This document shows positions 28,209-37,270 of a DNA stretch of 64,000 bases, piece by piece; position 1 is the stretch's first letter, and each line of letters opens with the position of its first letter. The notes beneath the pieces were generated by a model. It saw only the letters and a list, made by a program, of their open reading frames with translations. It ran no database searches and had not been told where the DNA came from. This stretch comes from a virus (lineage: Duplodnaviria; Heunggongvirae; Uroviricota; Caudoviricetes). The stretch spans positions 1 through 64,000 of the IMG/VR virus record IMGVR_UViG_3300045744_000007; one strand, given 5' to 3'. A program made the translations under genes and the position numbers.

Positions 28209-28589
28209 ATGGCGATGGGGACTGACTGCGCCGTCCACAAGCACCGGGAGTGGGTGCCGCTGGAGGTGCATCACATCTGGCCCAAGGGTTATGGGGGGCC
28301 GGACACCAAGGAGAACAAGATCTCCATCTGTGCGAACGCGCACTCAGCAACCCACCTGCTGATGGAGAAGATGTTCCGGGGTCCGGTCCCTCCTGACTAC
28401 CTCAAGCACTTCGGGAGGGACGTGATCAACCTCGCTGAGCGAGGCTATCGAGACGTCCACGCCCACGCCCGTGCCCTGGCGTTGGAGTCCGAAGCTACCT
28501 CTGCCGGTGAAACGCGCTCGAACTCTGTAGAGAACGAGACGTCACGCGAGGGAGGAGACGACGACTATGCATACGCCGCTGACGATTGA
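28209..28589 (+). CDS. HNH endonuclease
   Basis: HHIWPKGYGG...N...H HNH motif with flanking Cys. Confidence 0.75.
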   Translation: MAMGTDCAVHKHREWVPLEVHHIWPKGYGGPDTKENKISICANAHSATHLLMEKMFRGPVPPDYLKHFGRDVINLAERGYRDVHAHARALALESEATSAGETRSNSVENETSREGGDDDYAYAADD

Positions 28590-29685
28590 CGATGTCCGGG
28601 ACCGGATGATCAGCCTGCCGAAGCTGGAGGAGGCCCTGGGGGCTACCGAGCCGGTGCAGGCGCTGCCCTTCAACGTCGGTCCGACCGTGAAGTTCGAGGT
28701 CGAGGAGAACTGGAACGCGCACCTGGAAGAGATGGACGATCAGGCCCCCGTGGGGGCCATGATCTCGGTCGGGAGCCAGGAGCTTCAGTTCAGCAAGGCC
28801 GCGTTCCTGGAGGCGACGAGCGCCTTCGGGATGCCCAAGGGTCTGGCTCAGCGGACGCCGGGCGATCTCCTGACCAGCCAGCTCAACTACTGGTTCGGGG
28901 AGGGTGAGGGCTTCGAGGGGCGGGAGTACAAGGTCCTTCGGATGAACGACCAGGCTCGTGCCTTCACGAAGGCCAGCCTGGTTCCGTTCTCCAACCTCAA
29001 GCTCCTGGAGGCGGGGGTCAACGCGCTGAGGTCGAAGTACGGCTCCGACGCCGAGATCGTGGCCGACTACAAGTTCGTGCACACGCTGCATCAGACCGAC
29101 TTCCGGCTGATCGTGCCCGAGTACGTGCGGGCGATCGACTCGGCCCACTCCACCCCGGAGACTCCGGACAACTGGAGTACGGGTCTGGCGATCCGGAACT
29201 CGCTGTCCGGTGTCGGTCCGACCGAGCTGTCGGGCTACCTCTTCCGGTACTGGTGCACGAACGGGGCGATCGACACCCTGACCGAGTCGGGGAAGTGGTC
29301 GCGGAGAGGCCGTCATCAGGATCCGGACGACGTCTACTCCTGGGCAGAGACGGTCGTGAACGAGGTTCTCGGTGGCCTGGAGCACTCCCTGGACAAGGTC
29401 AACGACCTGACGAAGATCACCCTGGAAGGCAACCTGGGTCAGGTGCGGGAGGCCCTTCGGGATGTCTTCACCCGCAACCGGATCACCGGCGCGCTTCAGG
29501 ACCGGATCACCATGAACATGGCGGACGAGTCCGACCTGTCGATGTACGCGGTGATGAACGCGATCACGGCGGTGGCGAACGATCCCGAGCTGTCGTACGG
29601 CCACGTTCAGCAGCTCATGGCTGCGGGTGGGGAGCTGGCTCACCTGGCCCACGACCGGTGTGGGAGCTGTCACCGCCTGATGTGA
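28567..29685 (+). CDS. hypothetical protein
   Basis: ATG after GGGAGGAGACGACGAC; 372-aa track ORF. Confidence 0.55.
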   Translation: MHTPLTIDDVRDRMISLPKLEEALGATEPVQALPFNVGPTVKFEVEENWNAHLEEMDDQAPVGAMISVGSQELQFSKAAFLEATSAFGMPKGLAQRTPGDLLTSQLNYWFGEGEGFEGREYKVLRMNDQARAFTKASLVPFSNLKLLEAGVNALRSKYGSDAEIVADYKFVHTLHQTDFRLIVPEYVRAIDSAHSTPETPDNWSTGLAIRNSLSGVGPTELSGYLFRYWCTNGAIDTLTESGKWSRRGRHQDPDDVYSWAETVVNEVLGGLEHSLDKVNDLTKITLEGNLGQVREALRDVFTRNRITGALQDRITMNMADESDLSMYAVMNAITAVANDPELSYGHVQQLMAAGGELAHLAHDRCGSCHRLM

Positions 29686-29692
29686 TGTCTGG

Positions 29693-29721
29693 TTGACGAG
29701 AGGCAACCCTCCTGGTATTGT
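29693..29721 (+). promoter_or_regulatory. promoter TTGACG-N17-TATTGT
   Basis: family motif. Confidence 0.55.
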
Positions 29722-29757
29722 TGATGTCAGTTGTCAACCGACCAGGAGGGAAGTCTC

Positions 29758-29865
29758 ATGGCTTCGCAGGCAGACATCGTCGCGCTCGCCAAGGCGGCCA
29801 AAAAGGCGGGGAACATCGCTCACGCGATGTTGCTGCTCGCAGTCGGCGGGAAGATGAGCAAGTAG
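29758..29865 (+). CDS. small protein (35 aa)
   Basis: ATG after CCAGGAGGGAAG downstream of promoter. Confidence 0.35.
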   Translation: MASQADIVALAKAAKKAGNIAHAMLLLAVGGKMSK

Positions 29866-30059
29866 TGGAGACCATCAGCAAGAGAGCGTTCTGGCTCACG
29901 TTCCTTCTGGCTGCCCTGTTCGTCGTGCTCATCGGGATCGTGTGCTGGAACAAGTACGCGCAGGACTCCGACTACTACCAGAAGATCGTGGACTGTGTGA
30001 AGGCTGGTCAGAAGGCCGAGGAGTGCGCTCGCGCCATGGACAGCCCGTACTCGCGCTGA
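29865..30059 (+). CDS. small membrane protein
   Basis: GTG overlapping stop; TM helix. Confidence 0.45.
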   Translation: METISKRAFWLTFLLAALFVVLIGIVCWNKYAQDSDYYQKIVDCVKAGQKAEECARAMDSPYSR

Positions 30060-30126
30060 CCATCTGAGAGGGCTGCTCTGCTTCGGTGGAGTGGCCCTCT
30101 GTCATTTCCGAGAGGAGGAAGACCCT

Positions 30127-30429
30127 GTGCCCAATCTTTCAGAGGAGCAACTAGATCTCTTTTTTGGCACTAATCCGAAGCAGAGGATTCAGTGGAGAAT
30201 CCCCTACTCGCAGCTCGGCAGTGGGTTCAAGTGGGACTGGACCATCCCTCACCGCCAGGTGCCCGTCCTGATCGACGGAATCATGGGAGAAGAGATTCTG
30301 ATCCGTCTGACCGACGTCGGCTTCGAGCAGAGCTGGGGATCGAAGCAAGAGATCGTGCTGAACTTCGAAGTCGTGTCCCAGGGGCCGCCGGTCACGGTCG
30401 CTCGCCTCATGCAGATCTTGGGGTCCTGA
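30127..30429 (+). CDS. hypothetical protein
   Basis: GTG after GAGAGGAGGAAG. Confidence 0.55.
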   Translation: MPNLSEEQLDLFFGTNPKQRIQWRIPYSQLGSGFKWDWTIPHRQVPVLIDGIMGEEILIRLTDVGFEQSWGSKQEIVLNFEVVSQGPPVTVARLMQILGS

Positions 30430-30569
30430 TGGCGAAGCAGCGTACGTTCCACGTTCACACTCTGCGTCCGTGTCGTCTTCACCCCGGCGACCTGACGTGT
30501 ATGGACGAGGACTGTGACTTCCAGTGTGGGCAGTGCGTGGCCGAGTACGAGGAGGCAACCTGGGACTAG
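30429..30569 (+). CDS. small Cys-rich protein
   Basis: ATG overlapping stop. Confidence 0.45.
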   Translation: MAKQRTFHVHTLRPCRLHPGDLTCMDEDCDFQCGQCVAEYEEATWD

Positions 30570-30598
30570 TTGACAGAAGTGAACCAGTGAGCTAAGCT
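30570..30598 (+). promoter_or_regulatory. promoter TTGACA-gaagtgaaccagtgagc-TAAGCT
   Basis: family motif; near-identical to 31712 copy. Confidence 0.65.
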
Positions 30599-30639
30599 TC
30601 TCTTCAAGCGAGTCAGACAAACTCAACTGGAGACAAGCC

Positions 30640-31554
30640 ATGTGGATCATGACCCCGTTCGGAATCCTGATGCCCGCCGTCCGCCCGGCCGACACGATCG
30701 AGCCCGGTGACGAGATGACGATGCAGGTCCGGTCCCGGCGCAAGAAGGATCTGGAGATCCTTCGGGACAAGTACATGGGCGACAAGCTCGGCCCGATCAT
30801 GCACACCCCGAAGTTCGACTACAACTACCGGGCCTACTGCCGTCCGGCCGACTTCGCCGCCGCCACTTCGCAGATGGTGCTCGACGTCGACTACCTGAAG
30901 TTCAAGCCGACGACGGAGTCCAAGTACGGGGACAAGAGCCTGCACGACGTCTACAACTCGATCTGGGGCACCGTGTGCCGTCTGGGCACCCCCTACGAGG
31001 GCCTGTACGGGAAGGGCACGTACGGGAGCAAGAAGTACAAGGGTCGCTACGGTGGCTCGTACACCTGGACCGAGTCCCTGGACGAGGTCGGTCGTCAGGT
31101 CGGTTCCACCCGGCGGGGGAAGTACATCAAGACCACCGCCCAGGACGGGTCGGAGAAGTGGATCTGGCACTCGTACGTGGAGGGTGACCGGGACGAGTAC
31201 GTGGACGACGAGTACGACATCGACTACGTGCCCGGTGGGGAGTCCGACGAGGTCGACGTCGATGCTGAGATCTCGGCGCTCGTGGACGAGTACCCCTCGC
31301 TCGCGGACGCGATCCGGGGCCTGGCCGCCGATCTCGACTCCGGGACGATCAAGGATCTCCACGATGAGCTGATCGACAAGGCCAAGGAAGACGCTCTTGC
31401 CGACATGGCCGAGGTGGGTCTGGACTGGCACTACGACGAGAGTGCCGACGAGTGGAGCCCGGAGGCCGTGAACGACAAGGCCAACCACCGGACCAAGAAG
31501 GGGAAGAAGAAGGCGGCCCGGAAGATGGAGCCGGAGTTCCTGGGTCCGCAGTGA
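30640..31554 (+). CDS. acidic hypothetical protein (N-terminal domain paralogous to 31794..32258)
   Basis: ATG after GGAGACAAGCC 40 nt downstream of promoter; MWIMTPFGILMP / DVDYLKFKP shared with paralog. Confidence 0.65.
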   Translation: MWIMTPFGILMPAVRPADTIEPGDEMTMQVRSRRKKDLEILRDKYMGDKLGPIMHTPKFDYNYRAYCRPADFAAATSQMVLDVDYLKFKPTTESKYGDKSLHDVYNSIWGTVCRLGTPYEGLYGKGTYGSKKYKGRYGGSYTWTESLDEVGRQVGSTRRGKYIKTTAQDGSEKWIWHSYVEGDRDEYVDDEYDIDYVPGGESDEVDVDAEISALVDEYPSLADAIRGLAADLDSGTIKDLHDELIDKAKEDALADMAEVGLDWHYDESADEWSPEAVNDKANHRTKKGKKKAARKMEPEFLGPQ

Positions 31555-31595
31555 GCTTCCACCAGTACAGCTACCACTTCACTCACAAGGGAGCG

Positions 31596-31715
31596 ATGTG
31601 GTGGGCGACGAGACAGGCCCGGCGAACCGGGTGGCGGTACCAGGTGAGATGCGTCCGACCGATCAATCCTCGGTACCCCAAGTCGAAGTTCGTGGTCAGG
31701 CCAGCAAGTAGTTGA
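31596..31715 (+). CDS. small basic protein (tentative)
   Basis: ATG after AAGGGAGCG. Confidence 0.3.
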   Translation: MWWATRQARRTGWRYQVRCVRPINPRYPKSKFVVRPASS

Positions 31716-31740
31716 CAGAAGTGAACCAGAGGGGTATCGT
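31712..31740 (+). promoter_or_regulatory. promoter TTGACA-gaagtgaaccagagggg-TATCGT
   Basis: family motif. Confidence 0.65.
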
Positions 31741-31793
31741 TCTTCTCAGCGAAGAGGAGGGCGATACCCCTCTCGGACTACTGGGAGACAGCG

Positions 31794-32258
31794 ATGTGGA
31801 TTTTCACCCCGGACGGCATCTTGATGCCGAGCCTCGTTCCGGAAGAGTTCGTCCGGGACGGTCTGGAACTGGCCGTGCGCTCGCGGCGTAGACGCGACTT
31901 AGAGAAGTTCCGGGAGCGGTACATGATAGACGCTCCGATGAGTCCCATCTACGAGATCGCCGGTACGGACTACGACTTCCGGTTTGACACCACCCGTGAG
32001 GCGTTCGCCAACGCTGCCGCTGCGCTCATGCGGGACATCGACTACATCAAGTTCAAGCCCGAGACGGAGAACGCCAAGAAGGGGCGTCACGACCGGGAGC
32101 TGCACCTGGTCTACAACCGGATCTGGCACATCGTGGCCCCCCTGGGGATGCCGTACGGACGTCCGTACCGGCGCTCGTTCGGGGAGAAGGTCTGGCTGTG
32201 GCAGGAGAACACCGAGCGGGCGTTCCGGCGTCTGAGGAGCAAGCTGAGCCGGGGGTAG
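31794..32258 (+). CDS. hypothetical protein (paralog of N-terminal domain of 30640..31554)
   Basis: ATG after GGGAGACAGCG, downstream of near-identical promoter. Confidence 0.65.
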   Translation: MWIFTPDGILMPSLVPEEFVRDGLELAVRSRRRRDLEKFRERYMIDAPMSPIYEIAGTDYDFRFDTTREAFANAAAALMRDIDYIKFKPETENAKKGRHDRELHLVYNRIWHIVAPLGMPYGRPYRRSFGEKVWLWQENTERAFRRLRSKLSRG

Positions 32259-32260
32259 GT

Positions 32261-32423
32261 AGTGCATTCCGGAGAGAGCAGTAGGGCGGCCAGGGCCCGA
32301 ACGATCGGTGCCCTGGCTCTCCTGTTCCTGGGAATTATCGGGTGCTTCATGGGGACGGCGTGGGGCCTTCTCGCGCTCCTGGGAGCCCTGGTCTGGGCAG
32401 TCAGTCAAGGAGGGAGACAGTAG
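32261..32423 (+). CDS. small membrane protein (tentative)
   Basis: GTG; hydrophobic; GC3-rich; not in track (<60 aa). Confidence 0.35.
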
Positions 32424-32807
32424 ATGACAGGTACGTATCAAGCCAGGGACGGTCGTGTGTTCACCGATGGCTACGTGCTGATCGATGGGTATGTGCGTGA
32501 TGCTCGGCGTGTCGAATACCCCGATGGGTCTGTAGTGATCGAAGACTTTGACCTGAGGGCTCTCTCTGACGATGTGGCCGAGACGTTCGGGGAGTTCCAG
32601 CCCAAGCGGAACCGCCCGCAGCCGCGACGGCCTGAGGTCGCGCGTTACCAGCTCACGTTGGAGATCGAGCGGGATCCCGACAACGAAGCTGATGCCTGGG
32701 CCCCGACTACCTTCGCGGTGGCACATGAGCTGGCAGAGCGGCTGGCAGGGAAAGACCTCGGCACCGGTTGGCGAGTCGCGGCCGTCGTGCACGGGGGTGC
32801 GGCGTGA
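32424..32807 (+). CDS. hypothetical protein
   Basis: ATG after CAAGGAGGGAGACAG. Confidence 0.6.
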   Translation: MTGTYQARDGRVFTDGYVLIDGYVRDARRVEYPDGSVVIEDFDLRALSDDVAETFGEFQPKRNRPQPRRPEVARYQLTLEIERDPDNEADAWAPTTFAVAHELAERLAGKDLGTGWRVAAVVHGGAA

Positions 32808-33067
32808 GTAATCTGCGCATCCCCTACGGGCCGACGATCCGGTTCTACTTCGATCCGAAGACCTTCCTCAACATCTCTTGGTACACGTACCTGGAGAACC
32901 TGAACGGGGTTCAGCGGTTCCTCTCCATCAAGTTCGTCCTCCTGTGCTTCGTCCTGGAGCCGGTCTTCTGCCTGGGCCAGACCAAGGAGTACAAGGAGGA
33001 GAGGGCCAGGTTCGAGAACGCGCTCAAGAAGAGGAAGGCGTACCTCAAGGAGACCGAGGAGGTCTAG
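32804..33067 (+). CDS. membrane protein
   Basis: GTG overlapping stop (GTGA). Confidence 0.5.
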   Translation: MSNLRIPYGPTIRFYFDPKTFLNISWYTYLENLNGVQRFLSIKFVLLCFVLEPVFCLGQTKEYKEERARFENALKKRKAYLKETEEV

Positions 33068-33264
33068 TGGCCCGCCACGACCAGAAGAAGAGCGAGAAGC
33101 TCTTCATCTGTGATCAGTGTAGGTACAACGCCTGCCCTCTTTGCCCGGACGTCCTCCTCGCCGCCATCGGACGTCCCGGTATCCGGTGCTTGTGTCGGAG
33201 AGAGCGCCACGCCAAGACGCTGGCTGACGCCTGGGTGAAGGGAGGGAAGTATCACCGTGGCTGA
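33067..33264 (+). CDS. zinc-ribbon protein
   Basis: GTG overlapping stop; CDQC...CPLC motifs. Confidence 0.45.
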   Translation: MARHDQKKSEKLFICDQCRYNACPLCPDVLLAAIGRPGIRCLCRRERHAKTLADAWVKGGKYHRG

Positions 33265-33553
33265 CATCGAACTGGGTTCGTGCGACGTGTGTAGGAAGGA
33301 GCCAGCGGTGGGCGTGGCCGCTGTTCCAGCGGTCCCGATCTCCGTCGCGTACGGCCGAGCCTGTCTGCAAGCCAACGCGCATCCGTACTTCGTCATCGTC
33401 GCGAACACCGCCAACATCGGGGGCCTCGACCAGGCGGCCGACTTCTGGGTGGCGATGGTGGAGGACACCCTCAAGCATCTGGAGATCCCCCGAGAGAAGT
33501 TCGACGCCGACGTGGAGCAGGCGATCCGAGAGGAGATGGAGCGGTATGGCTGA
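33257..33553 (+). CDS. hypothetical protein
   Basis: GTGGCTGACATC start, same start context as next gene. Confidence 0.5.
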   Translation: MADIELGSCDVCRKEPAVGVAAVPAVPISVAYGRACLQANAHPYFVIVANTANIGGLDQAADFWVAMVEDTLKHLEIPREKFDADVEQAIREEMERYG

Positions 33554-33737
33554 CATCAGTGCCCTCGAAGACATCCTGGGGGAGGGCTTTCACACCGCCT
33601 TCCGGAAGGCTGCTTACTCGGAAGAGGCGTCGAAGATCTGGAAGCTGATCGATCAGCTTCCAGAGGGAGAGTGGGACGCGGTGATCGAGTTCGTCGCCGC
33701 CTTTCTGAGGAGAGCCGACCTCGTGAAGACGTCCTGA
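33546..33737 (+). CDS. hypothetical protein
   Basis: ATGGCTGACATC start overlapping stop. Confidence 0.5.
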   Translation: MADISALEDILGEGFHTAFRKAAYSEEASKIWKLIDQLPEGEWDAVIEFVAAFLRRADLVKTS

Positions 33738-33751
33738 CCGAAGTACAGGCT

Positions 33752-34015
33752 GTGAACTGGTGGCGTCCCATCGACAAGATCGCGGACTGGCTCGTGGAAG
33801 AGCTGGATGCGCGGGCTCAGCTTCGAGGGGGCGTCATCATCTTTTTGGCGTCGTTCGTCTTCTACGCCTACATGCCGTTCAGTGGTGAGCCTCCGGTCAT
33901 CTACTTCATGAGCGGTCTGGCGCTGACTCTCACAGGCATCGGGATCGTCCTGAACGGGGAGATCCTGGAGAAGCAGGAGCGCCAGGAGCAGGCTCTTGAG
34001 GACCCAGAGGCGTAG
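33752..34015 (+). CDS. membrane protein, start uncertain
   Basis: in-frame GTG; TM helices. Confidence 0.4.
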   Translation: MNWWRPIDKIADWLVEELDARAQLRGGVIIFLASFVFYAYMPFSGEPPVIYFMSGLALTLTGIGIVLNGEILEKQERQEQALEDPEA

Positions 34016-34024
34016 GTTGTCTCC

Positions 34025-34270
34025 ATGCCGAGAGCGACCGACTCCGACCTGAATCGTGAGTCCGATGGGTTCATCGTCCTGGCACAGTTCGTGGACTGTG
34101 AGGAGTGTGGGGCGACGATCGAGGTTCGCTTCCAGACTCCGGCCCAGGATGAGGACGGCCTGGCAGATCTCGAACCAGGAGATTTGACTCAGGAAGTCGA
34201 ATGCACGAATTGTGGTCACGTCTTCGAAGCCGCCTACGATGGCTGGCTCATGCACGGCGAAGCTGGATGA
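34025..34270 (+). CDS. zinc-ribbon protein (two CxxC)
   Basis: CEEC...CTNC motifs. Confidence 0.5.
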   Translation: MPRATDSDLNRESDGFIVLAQFVDCEECGATIEVRFQTPAQDEDGLADLEPGDLTQEVECTNCGHVFEAAYDGWLMHGEAG

Positions 34271-34295
34271 CATCAGTCAACTAGTGTGATAGAGT
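34267..34295 (+). promoter_or_regulatory. promoter ATGACA-N17-TAGAGT
   Basis: family motif (-35 variant). Confidence 0.5.
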
Positions 34296-34301
34296 AGGCG
34301 C

Positions 34302-34496
34302 ATGACTAGAGACACGTTCATCTCGCTTGTGCGGCGTCGCGTTGCTCGGACGGGAGAGCGCTGGGGACAGGCCGCCTTCAACGCTCTCGCTGAGCTGGAT
34401 CCCGTGTTGGCCGAAGAGGTCAGATCCACTCGATTCGACCCCTTCTACGACAACAGTCGTGTGGCCGACATGCTCGATCATGTCGGGATCCTCTGA
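34302..34496 (+). CDS. hypothetical protein
   Basis: ATG 7 nt after promoter -10; short leader. Confidence 0.5.
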   Translation: MTRDTFISLVRRRVARTGERWGQAAFNALAELDPVLAEEVRSTRFDPFYDNSRVADMLDHVGIL

Positions 34497-34990
34497 TGGG
34501 TACCCGCATCGTCACGTACACCTTGCAGTTCAAGGTCGAGGTGGACGACTCCTTTGAGGGAGAAGAGCCCTGGGACGACATCCCGCAGTTTGAGGACGTC
34601 CAAGACCTGATCATGAAGAAGCTCGTGGAGTCTTCCCGGCCGAACCTGGCTGAGGAGAAGTACCGCTTCGTCTGGGACACCGTGTCCCCTACCGAGCAGG
34701 TCCGCTCGTTCGAGCACGGGCAGTGCCTGGAGTGTGCCAAGTACGTGCTACGGCGTCACCAGTCTGGCCGGGCCCGTCTGCATCGGCGGGAGATCCTGAC
34801 GGCTGAGGGTAGGCCGACCGGCCAGTTCGAGTGGTGCCCCGGGAGCAACAAGGACGTGAGGGAGCCGTCTCTGCGGGAGCGCTGCCGCGCCGGGGGCCAC
34901 CGCCCCGGTAGGGAGACGGAGTCCGGCACCCGGACCTGTGCCTGCCAGACGGTCGAGTACGACGAGGACGGGACGGTGATCACCGTATGA
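34496..34990 (+). CDS. Cys-rich hypothetical protein
   Basis: ATG overlapping stop (TGATG). Confidence 0.55.
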   Translation: MGTRIVTYTLQFKVEVDDSFEGEEPWDDIPQFEDVQDLIMKKLVESSRPNLAEEKYRFVWDTVSPTEQVRSFEHGQCLECAKYVLRRHQSGRARLHRREILTAEGRPTGQFEWCPGSNKDVREPSLRERCRAGGHRPGRETESGTRTCACQTVEYDEDGTVITV

Positions 34991-35130
34991 GTGAGCGAAT
35001 CCTTTGCCACGTCTGCTGCAACCTTCACATTCGGCCGTACTGCTGGCCGACGATGGTGACCGCACCGAATCGCTGGCGCTATTTGCAGGACTGGTATTGG
35101 TGGGTCCGCGTCGGGGGGTGGAGGAAGTGA
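34987..35130 (+). CDS. small Cys/Trp-rich protein (tentative)
   Basis: ATGA overlap; GC3 moderate. Confidence 0.3.
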   Translation: MSERILCHVCCNLHIRPYCWPTMVTAPNRWRYLQDWYWWVRVGGWRK

Positions 35131-35203
35131 TGACGGGCCTACTCAGGCCATAGCCACCTGAAGTGGGAGGGTCCCACGCTCAGGGGCGGCCGGGGAGGAA
35201 CCG

Positions 35204-35488
35204 GTGTCCCGTACCGACAAGACGAAGCCCTGGTGGGTCAGGGTTCGTGACCATCATCCACAGGTTGTTCATAACCATGTGGATGGAGCCTGCGATCTGC
35301 CTGACGACTTCAGGGAAGCACTGAACAACTTCCGTGGGTGCCACATTCGGGACTGGAAACTGACCTACCCCGGCAATTGCTGCTGGGGTTGTGGCTGCGA
35401 TCTGTGCACCGACCAGGAAGGCCGGAAGGCGAAGCGGCGCAAGGAGCGCCGCGAAACGAAGGTCCGACTTCGGAAGACTGTCTGGTAA
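35204..35488 (+). CDS. Cys-rich protein (paralog of 45682..46017)
   Basis: GTG after GGGGAGGAACC; both paralogs begin MSRTDKT. Confidence 0.55.
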   Translation: MSRTDKTKPWWVRVRDHHPQVVHNHVDGACDLPDDFREALNNFRGCHIRDWKLTYPGNCCWGCGCDLCTDQEGRKAKRRKERRETKVRLRKTVW

Positions 35489-35507
35489 GGCATCCTCCGA
35501 ACGGCTG

Positions 35508-35969
35508 ATGAGATCAACTGCCGAAGGATCTGGTGTGTCTGAGATCCTGCCCGTTCCTCTGAGCGAGGCAACCGACCGCCAGATCCTTTTGGCTGTCAGT
35601 AGGAACCAGGCCACGCTCATGTCGCTGGTTGAGGAGTTGACTCTCAGGATGGCCGATCTCGAAGCCGCAGTGGGGAACCTGACCACTGCCGTTCAGGGGG
35701 TGGCAGACCGGGTGAACGCAGCCCTGGAGCCGCTTCGTACCGCGCTGTCTGCGGCTCAGCAGCAGCTCACCGATTTTCAGGCCGCTGACGCGACCGAGGA
35801 CGCTGACTACCAGAACCAGATCTCGACCCTGGGGACGAACCTCCAGTCCGAGCTGGACAAGGCCAGTGCAGCGGCCGACCAGATCAACGCCGAGGTCGAC
35901 TCGCTGAACCAGATCGCAGCCGCTCCGGTTCAGCCCGAGCCGCAGCCAGAGCCTCCGGTGGAGCCGTAA
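35508..35969 (+). CDS. coiled-coil protein
   Basis: ATG in frame of track ORF; Ala/Gln-rich heptads; followed by terminator. Confidence 0.5.
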   Translation: MRSTAEGSGVSEILPVPLSEATDRQILLAVSRNQATLMSLVEELTLRMADLEAAVGNLTTAVQGVADRVNAALEPLRTALSAAQQQLTDFQAADATEDADYQNQISTLGTNLQSELDKASAAADQINAEVDSLNQIAAAPVQPEPQPEPPVEP

Positions 35970-35988
35970 GGCCCCGCCGCACGAAGCA

Positions 35989-36032
35989 GGGAGGCTCTGG
36001 TCCCGAAAGGGATCGGGGCCTCCTTCGTTTTC
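35989..36032 (+). terminator. terminator GGAGGC...GCCTCC + TTCGTTTT before tRNA-array promoter
   Basis: nested hairpins plus T-run. Confidence 0.6.
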
Positions 36033-36047
36033 CCAGGTCAGACAGGG

Positions 36048-36076
36048 GTTGACACAGGACATCCACTGCGATAGTG
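36048..36076 (+). promoter_or_regulatory. promoter TTGACA-N17-TAGTGT at head of tRNA array
   Basis: family motif after terminator. Confidence 0.6.
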
Positions 36077-36650
36077 TTCTTCTCGTCAGGCCGACCGGGA
36101 AACCGGTTGGAGGCTCAGATCGGTAGGTCTAGAGTCTGGAGGCACCGAGCAAGACCAGGAACAGCGAGCTGGTGAGCGCACGGGATGCGAGACCCGGATT
36201 CCAAACCCGGGTGAGTTGGGTTCGACTCCTACCACCAGTGCTGGGCGAAAGCCCAATAGCAAGGGGTCTCTACGGGGACTCACCTGAATCTTGATAAAAG
36301 AACAGTGTGCCGAATACCGGGGTACAGCCGTGTATAGCGTTCGCGCTAGAAGCGCCCGGTCCGTCGTGGGGAAGCCTTATACAAGACTCGCGACCCAACA
36401 GGACGCCTCAGTGCTCCTGTTGATACTGGAGGTGGGAGGACAAAGCCCTGCTTTCTCGGTCCCCGCAGAGAGTCGTGGGACTGAGTGGTGCCGAGTTGAG
36501 AGCCACACAAAGAGGTGCGAGTCCTCGCTCCAGGGCGGCTGGTCGTCGTACCGCAGCCTTAGAGCAGTGCGCCGGTGTGAGATTTCGATCTCCCCTTGTC
36601 GGAGAGGGAACCGAGTGAAGTCCGACGTACGACGACCAGCCCAATCTCTT

Positions 36651-36724
36651 CCGGATGTAGCTCAGCTTGGCAGAGCATCCGCTTTGGGAGCGGAGGGCCG
36701 CAGGTTCAAATCCTGCTATCCGGA
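36651..36724 (+). tRNA. tRNA-Pro (anticodon TGG)
   Basis: cloverleaf: acceptor CCGGATG/TATCCGG, D-arm TAGCTCAGCTTGG, anticodon loop TTTGGGA, T-arm GCAGGTTCAAATCCTGC. Confidence 0.8.
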
Positions 36725-36844
36725 CGTGTGTGGTGACACTACAGTGTCGGCCGTAGAGCGGCTAAGCCCTGAAAGAAAAGACATGGGTGTGCGCCTGGAA
36801 ACAGGAATCGGAATCGTACTCCGAGGCTTCCACACAGTAAGCAG

Positions 36845-36985
36845 GATCTGGTGTAATAGGAGAGGGTTACTTCACATTCGGAGTGAGAGGTCGCAGGTTC
36901 GAATCCTGCCCACCCGACTTCATCGGGTGGTAGCTCAGGTGGAAGAGCGCTAAACGTCACCTTCCCCGCCCTGGATATCAGATCC
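36845..36985 (+). ncRNA. chimeric tRNA-like RNA, family member A (141 nt; carries Arg-TCG anticodon arm, canonical T-arm, then 67-nt insert with a tRNA 5'-half-like segment)
   Basis: termini GATCTGGTGT / ATATCAGATC form 10-bp stem; conserved 5' motif GGTGTAATAGGAGAGGGTTACTTC and 3' motif CCTTCCCCGCCCTGGATATC. Confidence 0.5.
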
Positions 36986-36990
36986 TTCTC

Positions 36991-37062
36991 GCGTACGTGG
37001 TGTAGTTGGTAACACTTCAGACTTCCAATCTGACATCGCAGGTTCGAGTCCTGTCGTACGCT
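36991..37062 (+). tRNA. tRNA-Gly (TCC)
   Basis: acceptor GCGTACG/CGTACGC; anticodon loop CTTCCAA; T-arm GCAGGTTCGAGTCCTGT. Confidence 0.8.
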
Positions 37063-37065
37063 CTG

Positions 37066-37184
37066 TCCTCGGTGTAAAGAAGTGGGCTACTTCGGAAAAA
37101 ACTGATCACTCAGGAGATGGTTCAACCCCATCAACAGGGACTCATAATCCCTGCGTCGCCTGCTTCGACTTGGATATCGAGGAT
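37066..37184 (+). ncRNA. chimeric tRNA-like RNA, family member E (119 nt; T-arm-like hairpin then CAT anticodon arm)
   Basis: termini TCCTCGGTGT / ATATCGAGGA; motifs GGTGTAAAGAAGTGGGCTACTTC and CTTCGACTTGGATATC. Confidence 0.45.
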
Positions 37185-37270
37185 CCTTAGTGGATCTCCC
37201 CGGAGACGGTCACCGGGGACCCGGGCGATAAGTGGGGACACCGGGGCCCTGAGAGGGTGACCTCCTCTGC

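Noticed and set aside
36086-36650. tmRNA or RNase P RNA at the array head
   Set aside because: There is no tag-peptide reading frame ending in ..AA-stop, and the T-arm-like segment is at the 5' rather than 3' end. The RNase P P4 consensus (GGAAAGTCCGGGCTC / ACAGAACCCGGCTTA) is not found. Left as an unexplained ncRNA candidate.
36291-36953. 220-aa + ORF spanning the start of the tRNA array
   Set aside because: It runs through tRNA-Pro and tRNA-like elements and has no RBS; a non-coding structured region is more plausible.
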